Below are positions 40,386 through 48,831 of a stretch of DNA of 64,000 nt, piece by piece. Every line of letters begins with the position of its first letter. Position 1 is the first letter of the stretch. The notes under the pieces were generated by a model that made no database searches, was not told the origin of the DNA, and saw only the letters and a program-made list of their open reading frames with translations. The stretch covers positions 336-64,335 of the forward strand of contig JBBTRX010000001.1 in NCBI GenBank assembly GCA_038064975.1, written 5' to 3'. The stretch comes from Patescibacteria group bacterium. Lineage in GTDB: Bacteria; Patescibacteriota; Minisyncoccia; UBA6257; 1-14-0-10-40-38. The translations under genes were made by a program, and so were the position numbers.

Positions 40386-41381
40386 TTAATAATTCTGTAA
40401 CGAAAACTGCTCAATCTCTTGTTTTAATTTTTGAGTATTACCGTGATTCATGAGACCAAGATACGACAGCACAACTTCATTTTTACCTTTAGTATTTTCA
40501 AGATTTCTAAACATGCGTTTCTTCGTGGCAGATCGAAGCACTCTATGATCAGGGAAGTGTATCCATCCCAGAAAATCAATGCCTGATGCGAACGTCTGCA
40601 AAGAAACTTTATCGGGATGAAGCGTTAGTTTCAATTCCTCCAAAAGAAACGCATGTACGCTTCGGAGCGTGGTTTCAAGCCATGCTTTGTCCGCCGAGAG
40701 AATAACGAAATCATCCGCATAGCGAATATAGTATTTTGCCTTAATCTTGTGTTTCATAAACTGATCAAAAATGTTCATATAAATATTCACGAATAATTGC
40801 GAGGTGAGATTGCCAAGAGGAAGTCCGCGCCCCCGCTCCCCCATGTAGAAACTTCCCACGATTGCCGAGATAAGTCGCAGTATATTTTTTTCTGGAATGT
40901 GCACAAGCATAATCCGCATAAGAATTTCCTGATCGATAGACGCGAAGAATTTACGTATATCACATTTCAGTACCCATGCCGTTTGCATATGATTTTTGGA
41001 AACAATATGCGCATATGACCGGAATTTAGCAATCGCTTTATGCGTTCCTTTTCTCTTCCGACACGAATATGAATCAGCAATAAATCTCCGGTCAAAGAAT
41101 GGATAAAGTACGCGATAGATCGCGCGGTGAAGCAGGCGGTCGCGCACGCTCGCTTTATGGATATTTCTTGGCTTCGGATCAGAAATATTAAACGCCTCAT
41201 ATTCCGAGTGGCGATATATATGTGCGGCAAGATCGCCGTGCAACGCAAAAATATTACTCATAAGATTCAACTCAAATTTCTGCACATCCATGCGGTTACG
41301 CTTGCCGACGATAAATTCCTGCCAGGCGGCGAGGAGATTTTCAACGGAAATGATATGCTCGTAAGTATGGATAAATTTCAT
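40386..41381 (-). CDS. diversity-generating retroelement (DGR) reverse transcriptase
   Basis: RT motifs FASIDQEIL, LPLGNLTSQLFVNIYM (the IGxxxSQ-type signature diagnostic of DGR RTs, as opposed to QGxxxSP of group II introns), YADD, and GIDFLGW. The N-terminus is the conserved DGR-RT type (...ISVENLLAAWQEFIVGKRNRMDVQKFE...). Start trimmed to MKFIHTYE; the track's longer ORF begins at a GTG inside a poly-C tract. Confidence 0.85.
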   Translation of the reverse strand: MKFIHTYEHIISVENLLAAWQEFIVGKRNRMDVQKFELNLMSNIFALHGDLAAHIYRHSEYEAFNISDPKPRNIHKASVRDRLLHRAIYRVLYPFFDRRFIADSYSCRKRKGTHKAIAKFRSYAHIVSKNHMQTAWVLKCDIRKFFASIDQEILMRIMLVHIPEKNILRLISAIVGSFYMGERGRGLPLGNLTSQLFVNIYMNIFDQFMKHKIKAKYYIRYADDFVILSADKAWLETTLRSVHAFLLEELKLTLHPDKVSLQTFASGIDFLGWIHFPDHRVLRSATKKRMFRNLENTKGKNEVVLSYLGLMNHGNTQKLKQEIEQFSLQNY

Positions 41382-41394
41382 AATACAAGAGATC

Positions 41395-41772
41395 TTGGAA
41401 GTCCCCCCCCCCACGGCTTTACTGCCTGTTTTACAGCAAGTGAAAAGTGCTTACCTTCTCTGGTATGAATACTATCAGATACTTCCGAAACTCCATCGGC
41501 ATACGCTTGGTGAGCGGATTGATAGGTTATTTATAGAGATTATTGAAAACATATCATTCGCGAGTTTTCTCTCACGCGAAGAAAAACAACCCTACGTACG
41601 TGTAGCCATAAGGAAAGTTGATGCGTTAAAAATTCTTCTCATGGTACTTTGGGAAACAAAATCACTTGATAACAAAAAATATATTGCGGTTTCTCTAAAA
41701 ATAGAGGTGATAGGAAAAATGCTTGGAGGCTGGAATGGCCACCTTATAAAACAAAACTCTCCCAAGAAATAG
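41395..41772 (+). CDS. avd: Avd-like accessory variability determinant (four-helix-bundle, IVS-protein-like)
   Basis: 125-aa helical protein ending ...LKIEVIGKMLGGW, typical of the four-helix-bundle/Avd family. It lies between the RT and TR but diverges from the RT. Codons 3-6 span a C10 homopolymer. Confidence 0.55.
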   Translation: MEVPPPTALLPVLQQVKSAYLLWYEYYQILPKLHRHTLGERIDRLFIEIIENISFASFLSREEKQPYVRVAIRKVDALKILLMVLWETKSLDNKKYIAVSLKIEVIGKMLGGWNGHLIKQNSPKK

Positions 41773-41792
41773 GGAGAGAAGTGAAGAGAGTT

Positions 41793-41915
41793 GCACGCAG
41801 AGCCGCAGGATTCTGATCGTCCCAGTCGTTGTCGAGCCAGTTGTAGTTCCAGTTCCACCTGCCTTCGTTCCAGTACAGGTACCGGACATTCAGGTTGCCG
41901 TTCGAGTTGCGGTTG
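41793..41915 (-). repeat. DGR template repeat (TR)
   Basis: ~122 bp, ~88% identical to 42313..42434. Every difference is at a position where this copy has T on the plus strand, that is A on the coding (minus) strand. Confidence 0.8.
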
Positions 41916-42308
41916 CGTATGGAGCGCCTTCAGAGCCACTGCCCATTGTCCGCAAAATTTACGGATGCAGAGCTGTATCGTATCCGGCATCGAAAATGCC
42001 TTAGCGCCCCACACCAAGTTGTTTCACTTTTTTAAAAGCTGCGGAGACCACTCCATCCCTAACCGTGATCAAAGATGCTCTGGGCACATCCGTTGCTTGG
42101 CCTCGGTAGCGGGAAACCGTGATCGCCCGCGTATGCACCACTGCCATATTCATGATATCAAAAATTAAAAGACCCCGTGTCCCCAAGCTTTGGTAGCTTG
42201 AGGAACACGGGGCCGAGTGGAGGATCCCCCGAACGTTCTGATGGGAACGAGCGGGCAAAGTACTAAGGATCTAAAGAGTCCCTAGGTTCAGAGATCCAAG
42301 CTCATCAA

Positions 42309-42899
42309 CTAGGCACGCAGAGCCGCAGGATCCTGACCGTCCCAGCCGTCGTCGAGCCAGCGGCAGCTCCAGTCCCACCTGCCTCCGTCCCAGTACAGGT
42401 ACCGGACACCCAGGTTGCCGTTCGAGTGGCGGTAGATGGTTCCCCAGAAGAAGGTGTAGCGAGTGCGACCCTTGTCGTCCTGCTTCCAGTCTTCCGGGAT
42501 GAGGTACGGATGCGCGAGGAGGTAATCAAGGACGCAGGCATTCAATACCGGCTGCCCTTGAAGTTGCTTGCGAAGTTCCGTCCCTCGGATCGTCTTGCCT
42601 TCCTTCTGTGGGTCAGAGAGGAAGAGATTCACCTTCGCAGGATCCCATTTCCACTGACCACCCTTCTGGTGATCTTCGATCTTCCAGCCATCAGGGATCA
42701 TCGGGTCCACGTCACAGTCCACGACATGGTCCACAATCCTGATTTCGGCATTGCCGAGCTGGACTTGGAGCAACTGTTTGAAGAGATCGGGCCGTTCTGC
42801 GAGAGCGTTCATGAGCTCCGGAGTGTAACCCTGCCCTTCTGCGACGAGACAGACCTTGTGAGCCAACCCTACGATGGAAAACGCGGACTTCGCCGGCAT
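42309..42899 (-). CDS. DGR target (variable) protein, probable C-type-lectin-fold; VR occupies the last ~40 codons
   Basis: 196 aa. C-terminus is ...YTFFWGTIYRHSNGNLGVRYLYWDGGRWDWSCRWLDDGWDGQDPAALRA, a Trp/Gly-rich pattern typical of CLec-fold variable proteins. GC-rich relative to the flanks. Confidence 0.75.
   Translation of the reverse strand: MPAKSAFSIVGLAHKVCLVAEGQGYTPELMNALAERPDLFKQLLQVQLGNAEIRIVDHVVDCDVDPMIPDGWKIEDHQKGGQWKWDPAKVNLFLSDPQKEGKTIRGTELRKQLQGQPVLNACVLDYLLAHPYLIPEDWKQDDKGRTRYTFFWGTIYRHSNGNLGVRYLYWDGGRWDWSCRWLDDGWDGQDPAALRA
42313..42434 (-). repeat. DGR variable repeat (VR) at the 3' end of the target gene
   Basis: See the TR entry. There are 14-15 substitutions and all are at TR-adenine positions. 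The GC-rich 3' boundary ctgcggctctgcgtgc is shared with TR (IMH-like). Confidence 0.8.
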
Positions 42900-43117
42900 G
42901 GCGATTCTCCTTGTTTATGCGACTATCCTTTGTGGATATTATCGCGACTGCTAGCGGGCTTCCCAAACATCGGGATTTGCCATAGCAGAAAACCTTCGTA
43001 AAAAGCTTTCTGCTATGGCAAATAGCGTATTTTACTATCAAAGGGCTATGGGTACATTATACATCTGTTTTATTATTTTGTCAAACTGTGTTAAAAAGTC
43101 CAATGTAACGGTTATTT

Positions 43118-43150
43118 TACACAAAAAAAGGACCCGATTTGTAAGTCGGG
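43118..43150 (-). terminator. terminator of the Gam-like gene
   Basis: ggcccgacttacaaatcgggtcc followed by TTTTTTT on the minus strand. Confidence 0.55.
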
Positions 43151-43183
43151 CCCGACATGTCTGCGAGGTCGTAGCAGCTATCT

Positions 43184-43768
43184 CTAAGAGGCAGTTACTT
43201 GTCCCTTCTTATCCACCTTCACGCGTTTCGTTTTTCCCCCACCCAAGCGAAGCTCTGAAGTGGTTTCGGAGGGTCTCACGAAGAAGTATTCTGATCCCTT
43301 GCTCACACTGACATGTTCCAAGCCAGCTACAGCTTCGGGCTCTTGAAGAATGCGCTCCTTGTTAATCTCCTCCGCCGCCGGACGGATAAATCTACGTAAT
43401 CCGGCTTCTTTCAATTCTGTAATCGCCTCTTCAGAAGTACCTTTGATCTTCACGCTCGGAGGATTCGTCCTGAACCCAACCATAGCGATCGCAAGATCAA
43501 CTGACTTCCGATCAGCCGGCAAAATTTCGTCTCTATGCATCTTTGCGTACGCGGCGAGACTGCGGGCATTCTGTTCAGCTTGTTGGGCAATTCTTTCAAT
43601 ATCCAATTCCGTTTTTACCATAAGCGCCGTGATCACTTCTTCACGCTTGGATTCTATGGCTTCAATATTGCGCAGTTCAGCGCAGAGCAGAGACAATGCC
43701 CTAGTAAACTCATGATTGTCTTGCAATTCAGGAATAGTAGGTTTCTTTTCGGCTTTCTTCTTTGCCAC
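43184..43768 (-). CDS. phage Mu Gam-like host-nuclease inhibitor / DNA end-binding protein
   Basis: RTNPPSVKIKGTSEEAITELKEAGLRRFIRPAAEEINKERILQEPEAVAGL closely parallels the Mu Gam core (RPPSVSIRGMDAVMETLERLGLQRFIRTKQEINKEAILLEPKAVAG). Confidence 0.7.
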   Translation of the reverse strand: MAKKKAEKKPTIPELQDNHEFTRALSLLCAELRNIEAIESKREEVITALMVKTELDIERIAQQAEQNARSLAAYAKMHRDEILPADRKSVDLAIAMVGFRTNPPSVKIKGTSEEAITELKEAGLRRFIRPAAEEINKERILQEPEAVAGLEHVSVSKGSEYFFVRPSETTSELRLGGGKTKRVKVDKKGQVTAS

Positions 43769-43939
43769 GTTTCACCTCTTCTGGTTCAGGTTTTTGGAAA
43801 GGTTCAGGGATTTTACTCTATCACATACCATTCTCAATTGACAAAATTTATATATACAACTATAGTATATCCGCAGTTTTTAAGAGAACGTTGATAACAC
43901 AAACCCACGAACAGTGATCTCTCAAAAAAGGAGTCTCAC

Positions 43940-44395
43940 ATGCTCAGTGCAGAAGAAAGAGAAAACATTATTACTATCACTAATCTTGTTCGAACATTCG
44001 GTAAGCGACCAAGCAAAGAGAAAATCATGCCCTTGATTCCATCGTGCATTGCACCGATCGTAAGAAATATTACTAATATTGAATCCTGGAATGGCGCAAC
44101 GCTGGGGCGATATGTAATCATCGCGTGTTTATATGAAGATCCAACGCAGGCATTTTCATACATACTTAACGAGAGATTGAATACCTATGGGAGTCGTAGT
44201 GACATATTCCGACTTCTTGATGTTTCCAAGAATTTTGCAGGTGATAGATTTGAATCTTTACCACTCACACTTCTTACGACACTTGTTCAAGAAATCAAGA
44301 GGGATAGGGGCGTCGGAGAACCCCACGATGGACTGACGCAACGCCAAGCCATCAAGAGACGAATTCACGACGATGAAGAGGGTTTGCATTCGTAG
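43940..44395 (+). CDS. hypothetical protein
   Basis: 151-aa ORF with a good SD (AAAAGGAG) and a strong terminator (acggctcgc-tatacc-gcgagccgt + T8) at ~44420-44451. Confidence 0.45.
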   Translation: MLSAEERENIITITNLVRTFGKRPSKEKIMPLIPSCIAPIVRNITNIESWNGATLGRYVIIACLYEDPTQAFSYILNERLNTYGSRSDIFRLLDVSKNFAGDRFESLPLTLLTTLVQEIKRDRGVGEPHDGLTQRQAIKRRIHDDEEGLHS

Positions 44396-44454
44396 CCAAC
44401 AAAGACTCTTCCGCTACACAACGGCTCGCTATACCGCGAGCCGTTTTTTTTATT

Positions 44455-44677
44455 CACCTTCCATAAGCGAGCACATTATTAAAAAGAGACATTCTTATTG
44501 TCTTTTGATAATGTGCGAGCACCCATCATGACGCTCCAAGCGAGTATTCTTTTCTCAAAACTACTAGTAATCCAAGCGAAGATATTCTTTCTTGAAAAAG
44601 GTTAGTCTGCTAGCTTTTTCAAGAAAGAATATACGAGCAATATTCTTATTGCCTTTTGAATACTATACGAGCGTCTC
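44455..44677. repeat. degenerate tandem repeats (aagcgag-punctuated), second locus
   Basis: Units such as aagcgaagatattctttcttgaaaaaggttagtctgctagctttttcaagaaagaatat. Same family as 24161..24400. Confidence 0.45.
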
Positions 44678-46117
44678 TTAAAGCCGTTCCTTAAAAAGCT
44701 TCTGCAATACTTCCGGATTTCCTTTGCCTTTCAATTCCGCCATTGCTTTACCAACAAGAAATTGGAGAGCGTTTCCTTTCCCTTTTTTAAAGTCTTCTAC
44801 TGCATTCGGATGCGCGGCAATAATACGGTCCGCCATCGTACCCAATTCACCTTCGTCCGAAACCTGTACCACATCCAAACTCTTTAAAATCTCATGTGGA
44901 TCCCCGCCCATCTCACACATGCGAAGCAATACATCTTTTGCTCCTCTACTGGAAACCGTTTTATGGGAAATAAGTTCAATTAAATCCGCAAAATGCTCCG
45001 GCGTAAGCTTTGCCGCATCAAACGTTTCTCCCCGTTCTATCAGCATACCCCGCACGTCGGAGGTAAGATAGTTCGCGAGCAACTGCATCTCCTGCGCGAG
45101 ATGTTCATTATCTTCTTCGGCAAGTTCGGAAACTGATTCTTCAAAAAACTGCGCCATCTTGCGATCACTAATAATCGTTTCAATAACATCCGCTTTAAGA
45201 GCGAACTCTTTTGCAAACCGAACTCTCTTTTCCTGGGGAAGTTCCGGAATGGAAGCTTTAATTTCGCCGAGCTTGAATCGGGAAAGGTCTAAAGGCGGAA
45301 TATCTGGTTCCGGAAAATAGCGATAATCATGCGCACTTTCTTTAGCGCGTTGTGAGACGGTTGCCCGCCGAGATTCATTCCATCCGCGCGTTTCCTGTCG
45401 GATAGTTTCTCCGTTCGTAAGCGCTTCCGTCTGCCGCAGTGTTTCATACTCAATCGCCCCCTGCACAGCTTTGAAGGAGTTAATATTTTTCACTTCTACT
45501 TTGGTTCCAAATTTTACTTCCCCATCCACCAGACGTCCCATAGAAATATTTGCCTCAACGCGCATCTGCCCACGTTCCATATCCGCATCCGAAACTTGAA
45601 GGTAGCGAAGGAGGAGCTGAAGTTCTTTCGCGAACTGCACAGCGTCCTCGGCATTTCTGATATCAGGTTCGGTAACAAGTTCCATAAGCGGTACACCTGC
45701 CCGATTAAAGTCCACGAGAGAATGTGCGCCGTCTTCGGCATGCATAAGCCGTGCCGTATCTTCTTCCAAATGGACGCGCGTAATGCGGACGCCGTTTAAA
45801 TTGCCACCAAAAACAAGCGGAAGATCATACTGCGAAATTTGATATCCCTTAGGAAGGTCAGGATAAAAATAATTTTTTCGGTCAAATTTTGAAAACTGCG
45901 GCGTATCCCCCTTGAGCGCCATACCAACTTTAATCACGGCTTCAATCGCCGATTTATTAGGAACTGGAAGCGTACCCGGATGACCCAAACAGATTGGGCA
46001 TACGTTCGTATTCGGATGCTTTTCTTCCGGGTTGTTTAGCGAATCACAGAACATCTTCGTCCTGGTTTTAAGCTCGGTGTGGATTTCTAGGCCAATAACG
46101 GGAATATATTTAGACAT
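44678..46117 (-). CDS. gatB: Asp/Glu-tRNA(Asn/Gln) amidotransferase subunit B
   Basis: MSKYIPVIGLEIHTELKT...CPICLGHPG. Start trimmed to MSKYIP. Confidence 0.9.
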   Translation of the reverse strand: MSKYIPVIGLEIHTELKTRTKMFCDSLNNPEEKHPNTNVCPICLGHPGTLPVPNKSAIEAVIKVGMALKGDTPQFSKFDRKNYFYPDLPKGYQISQYDLPLVFGGNLNGVRITRVHLEEDTARLMHAEDGAHSLVDFNRAGVPLMELVTEPDIRNAEDAVQFAKELQLLLRYLQVSDADMERGQMRVEANISMGRLVDGEVKFGTKVEVKNINSFKAVQGAIEYETLRQTEALTNGETIRQETRGWNESRRATVSQRAKESAHDYRYFPEPDIPPLDLSRFKLGEIKASIPELPQEKRVRFAKEFALKADVIETIISDRKMAQFFEESVSELAEEDNEHLAQEMQLLANYLTSDVRGMLIERGETFDAAKLTPEHFADLIELISHKTVSSRGAKDVLLRMCEMGGDPHEILKSLDVVQVSDEGELGTMADRIIAAHPNAVEDFKKGKGNALQFLVGKAMAELKGKGNPEVLQKLFKERL

Positions 46118-46179
46118 AAGGTATTGCTCTATAATAGCAAAATAAAAGTGCCCCGCGAAAGCGGGGCTGAAAGAAGGCA

Positions 46180-46965
46180 TTAAACCTTCCGATGAGATGT
46201 TTTGTACCACGGAAGTCCATCTGCAATTTCAATCTCGTAATCCCCAAATACATTAGGACAACGTTCTTGCATCGTAGCGGCTACTTTCCCAAAAACAACC
46301 CTGATCTCTTCCTCGGCATTCGGATCAGTACGCATTTCGATACAGTGGCGAAGCGCGCGCAGATTTGCCGACCATCCGATAGCCGTTGCAAGGCCATCAG
46401 GAGCCGCACGGCGAAGCGCGCTTGTCACTTTCTTCTTGTAGTCAAATTTCGTGCCCGGCTTATCAAGTTCATAGATTCCAGCGAGTTTACGCTGAAGTTC
46501 TTCACCTTGGCGGACATGCTCAAGAATCAACTCCACTCCTTCGGGCTTTTCCTTCAGAATAGAAGGAATCCAGAATCCAATCTCGTCGAGACGGACAAAG
46601 CGCAAACTTTCTTGAGATATTGCCGTTCCGGCGCGATGGCGCACGAGCTCGTGCGTGAACACGCGACTAACGTTCGCAAAAACGAATGTAAACATGGCAT
46701 GTTCTATGACTGAACCATGTCCGACGTGAATGATGTGCTCTAGATATTCCTTACTGCCTTCCCTGACTTTGGTGACGTTAGGATTCAATCCTGGAGCAAA
46801 ACTCTTATAACAAAGCCGTCCCATCATTTCTACTAACTCTTCACTATCGCTGGGAGCGTCCGTCATCCATTCGGGAGCGCCTACAAATTCCAGATATTCG
46901 CTTGCCGAACCACGATCAAGCTGAGTTGCCGCAAGGAGAAAGCTTCTCGGTTCTACGAGTTTCAT
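46180..46965 (-). CDS. thyX: flavin-dependent thymidylate synthase
   Basis: ThyX signature RHRAGTAISQESLRFV (RHR..S....S.RY). Start trimmed to MKLVEP, preceded by AAAGGCGGAA. Confidence 0.85.
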   Translation of the reverse strand: MKLVEPRSFLLAATQLDRGSASEYLEFVGAPEWMTDAPSDSEELVEMMGRLCYKSFAPGLNPNVTKVREGSKEYLEHIIHVGHGSVIEHAMFTFVFANVSRVFTHELVRHRAGTAISQESLRFVRLDEIGFWIPSILKEKPEGVELILEHVRQGEELQRKLAGIYELDKPGTKFDYKKKVTSALRRAAPDGLATAIGWSANLRALRHCIEMRTDPNAEEEIRVVFGKVAATMQERCPNVFGDYEIEIADGLPWYKTSHRKV

Positions 46966-47051
46966 GGAAGTTCCGCCTTTCTTGTAAGGAACCGTTCTGA
47001 ACGGTATCAGTTTATAAAAATAAAAACAAGCGCATCTCTGAGAAGCGCTTG

Positions 47052-47630
47052 TTACCACAAGACCAATCTCCTATCAGGAGATCTTACGGTAAATGTTATT
47101 TCATCAACCTTTGGGATGCAAAGAGCGAGTTCATATACCGTATCAAAGCGATATATGCTTCCAAAAACCGGGGACACACTTCTATAAAAACGACCAGCAA
47201 AGTATGCATGACCGCCATAACCAATAACGATGTGGCGAAGATTTTGAGGATTCTGATACATCGCCCTCTGCGAAATCGTAGGTTCACTACTATTGTATTC
47301 AAAAAAGACCGATTCTTTATCAATGGGAATAGCGACGCCGTGACACACTACAGAGAGAACGTTCTCACAAACAATATAAATTAATTTATTGCCGCTTTTC
47401 CTCCATATCTCTTGAGCTTCTTTACGAGTCCCATTCAAAAGAAAAGGCTGGAGGTATCCTTGTGTTGTACCTCCTATAATATCAGTTCGCAAACCCCATG
47501 TTTTTCGAGATTTTTCGAATTCTGATATTGCGAGAGAAATATCTTTCCATGTAGTACAAACTTTGTACGGCAAAACAAACTCTTCACCAAAACGCTCTTG
47601 AATCCATTGCAAACGAGCGATCTTCTTCAC
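47052..47630 (-). CDS. hypothetical protein
   Basis: 192-aa ORF; no family recognised. Confidence 0.4.
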   Translation of the reverse strand: MKKIARLQWIQERFGEEFVLPYKVCTTWKDISLAISEFEKSRKTWGLRTDIIGGTTQGYLQPFLLNGTRKEAQEIWRKSGNKLIYIVCENVLSVVCHGVAIPIDKESVFFEYNSSEPTISQRAMYQNPQNLRHIVIGYGGHAYFAGRFYRSVSPVFGSIYRFDTVYELALCIPKVDEITFTVRSPDRRLVLW

Positions 47631-47783
47631 GTGAACCTCCTCTCTCTTGAATTTCCTAGGATGTAAAACGTACTGTCCAATAGACTATCAACTATCATTT
47701 TTAAAAGCAATAAATCATATTTTGCAATAAAAAGTGCCCCGCGAAAACGGGGCGGAGAAGATCAAGTCTTCTCTTGTGAAAAC

Positions 47784-48554
47784 CTACCGATCCGAGGTAG
47801 GAGCGAGTCCATGACGAATCGGTTTCTGAGGACAGAGGGTATCCACGACCTGCACCAATTTCTGCCAATCAGCTTCCTGCGCCTCCCTATCACGGTACAT
47901 CTGCGGAAGCATCATGGACGGCTTCCAATCCGCCTTCAGCTTTTCCAAGTCGGTGCTTCCCTGATATTTGCCATCGTGAGCGTAATCATCGGGAATCGCC
48001 TCCACCTCGAAAAACGCGATCTGTGCGAACCGGCAGCCAACGGGAAGTGGGATGTAATACTCTGACGAGGAGTTGGTTACTTCCATCGTCCAACGATTGA
48101 AGTAACCAACGTCTCCCCACCCCGCACATTTGCAAACTGAGAGAAATACCCTGCCAGTGCTTGAGCGAGCCTTCATTTCAGTGGTGACACATCTCCTGCC
48201 ACCAATGAATTCATTGGTATGACAAAGAAGCATTTCGCCAGGAGCAATCAAGATAACTTGCGTATCCGGATCGATGCCCTTGAGACCCGTGAGACTGGCA
48301 ATGTCTCGTTGTTTTTCCAACCACTTTCGCAAAGGCTGCGCTTCTTGAGGATCTCCCCAAATCCGTTCCACATCATCTTCATTGTAGGGATTGAAAATCC
48401 GACGCCCTCCCTCATTCTTCTGAGCACGGAAATAATAAGAGCCAAGTGTTACGTCATAACTTACCGTCTTGAGATTCCGTGAATCGAACGGATCGATCAC
48501 GACGTTCCCGGCTTTCATATGCCGGAGAATTGCAGGCTTTGAAAGCAGAGACAT
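47784..48554 (-). CDS. dcd: dCTP deaminase-like (dUTPase superfamily), long form
   Basis: The N-terminus MSLLSKPAILRHMKAGNVVIDPFDSRNLKTVSYDVTLG matches the dCTP deaminase pattern. GC-elevated. Downstream terminator hairpin gccccgcgaaaacggggc, which also follows thyX. Confidence 0.65.
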   Translation of the reverse strand: MSLLSKPAILRHMKAGNVVIDPFDSRNLKTVSYDVTLGSYYFRAQKNEGGRRIFNPYNEDDVERIWGDPQEAQPLRKWLEKQRDIASLTGLKGIDPDTQVILIAPGEMLLCHTNEFIGGRRCVTTEMKARSSTGRVFLSVCKCAGWGDVGYFNRWTMEVTNSSSEYYIPLPVGCRFAQIAFFEVEAIPDDYAHDGKYQGSTDLEKLKADWKPSMMLPQMYRDREAQEADWQKLVQVVDTLCPQKPIRHGLAPTSDR

Positions 48555-48633
48555 GAGCTTTACCTCCGTTATCAGGTGTTAATGTTAAAGTGCCTCGGCA
48601 GAAGTATACAGAAAAAATTACTCAAAAGGCAAA

Positions 48634-48660
48634 CAAAAAAGCCCTGACGGGCTTTTTTGT
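48634..48660. terminator. bidirectional terminator
   Basis: aaaaaagccc-tgac-gggctttttt. Confidence 0.6.
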
Positions 48661-48699
48661 TAAAAGAATATTGTAAGCTTACTCTATAGTAATTCCCGA

Positions 48700-48830
48700 T
48701 GTTCCGTCGCCCCGCAATTTGCGGGACTCCCTAAAACCCTTCGGTTTTAGCAGTTTCTCTCAGCCGTAGCTTACGAGCGAGGCCGGCACGGGAAACTCCC
48801 GTTTCCCGACCCCTTCACAAAAACACAGGA
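48700..48830 (-). ncRNA. structured RNA-like spacer downstream of rplK where rplA is expected
   Basis: Several short GC hairpins, including ctaaaaccCTTCGGttttag with a UUCG-type loop. Flanked by a 12-13-bp direct repeat atagtaattccc (48686.. and 48837..); the second copy is the rplK 3' end. Confidence 0.3.
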
Positions 48831-48831
48831 A

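Noticed and set aside
40386-41414. Group II intron maturase or retron RT
   Set aside because: Motif 4 reads LGNLTSQ (DGR type), not QGxxxSP. There are no intron domain V/VI structures. The adjacent TR/VR pair with A-specific changes and the Avd gene show a DGR.
42001-42258. 85-aa minus-strand ORF between TR and VR
   Set aside because: It lies in the structured non-coding spacer of the DGR and has no SD. It is more likely part of the TR transcript or hairpin region.
46118-46210. Long N-terminal extensions in track ORFs (gatB, thyX, nusG, gyrB, murD, RT, rpsP, rmuC)
   Set aside because: The extensions overlap neighbouring genes or terminators and lack an SD. Conserved N-termini and in-frame ATGs downstream were used instead.
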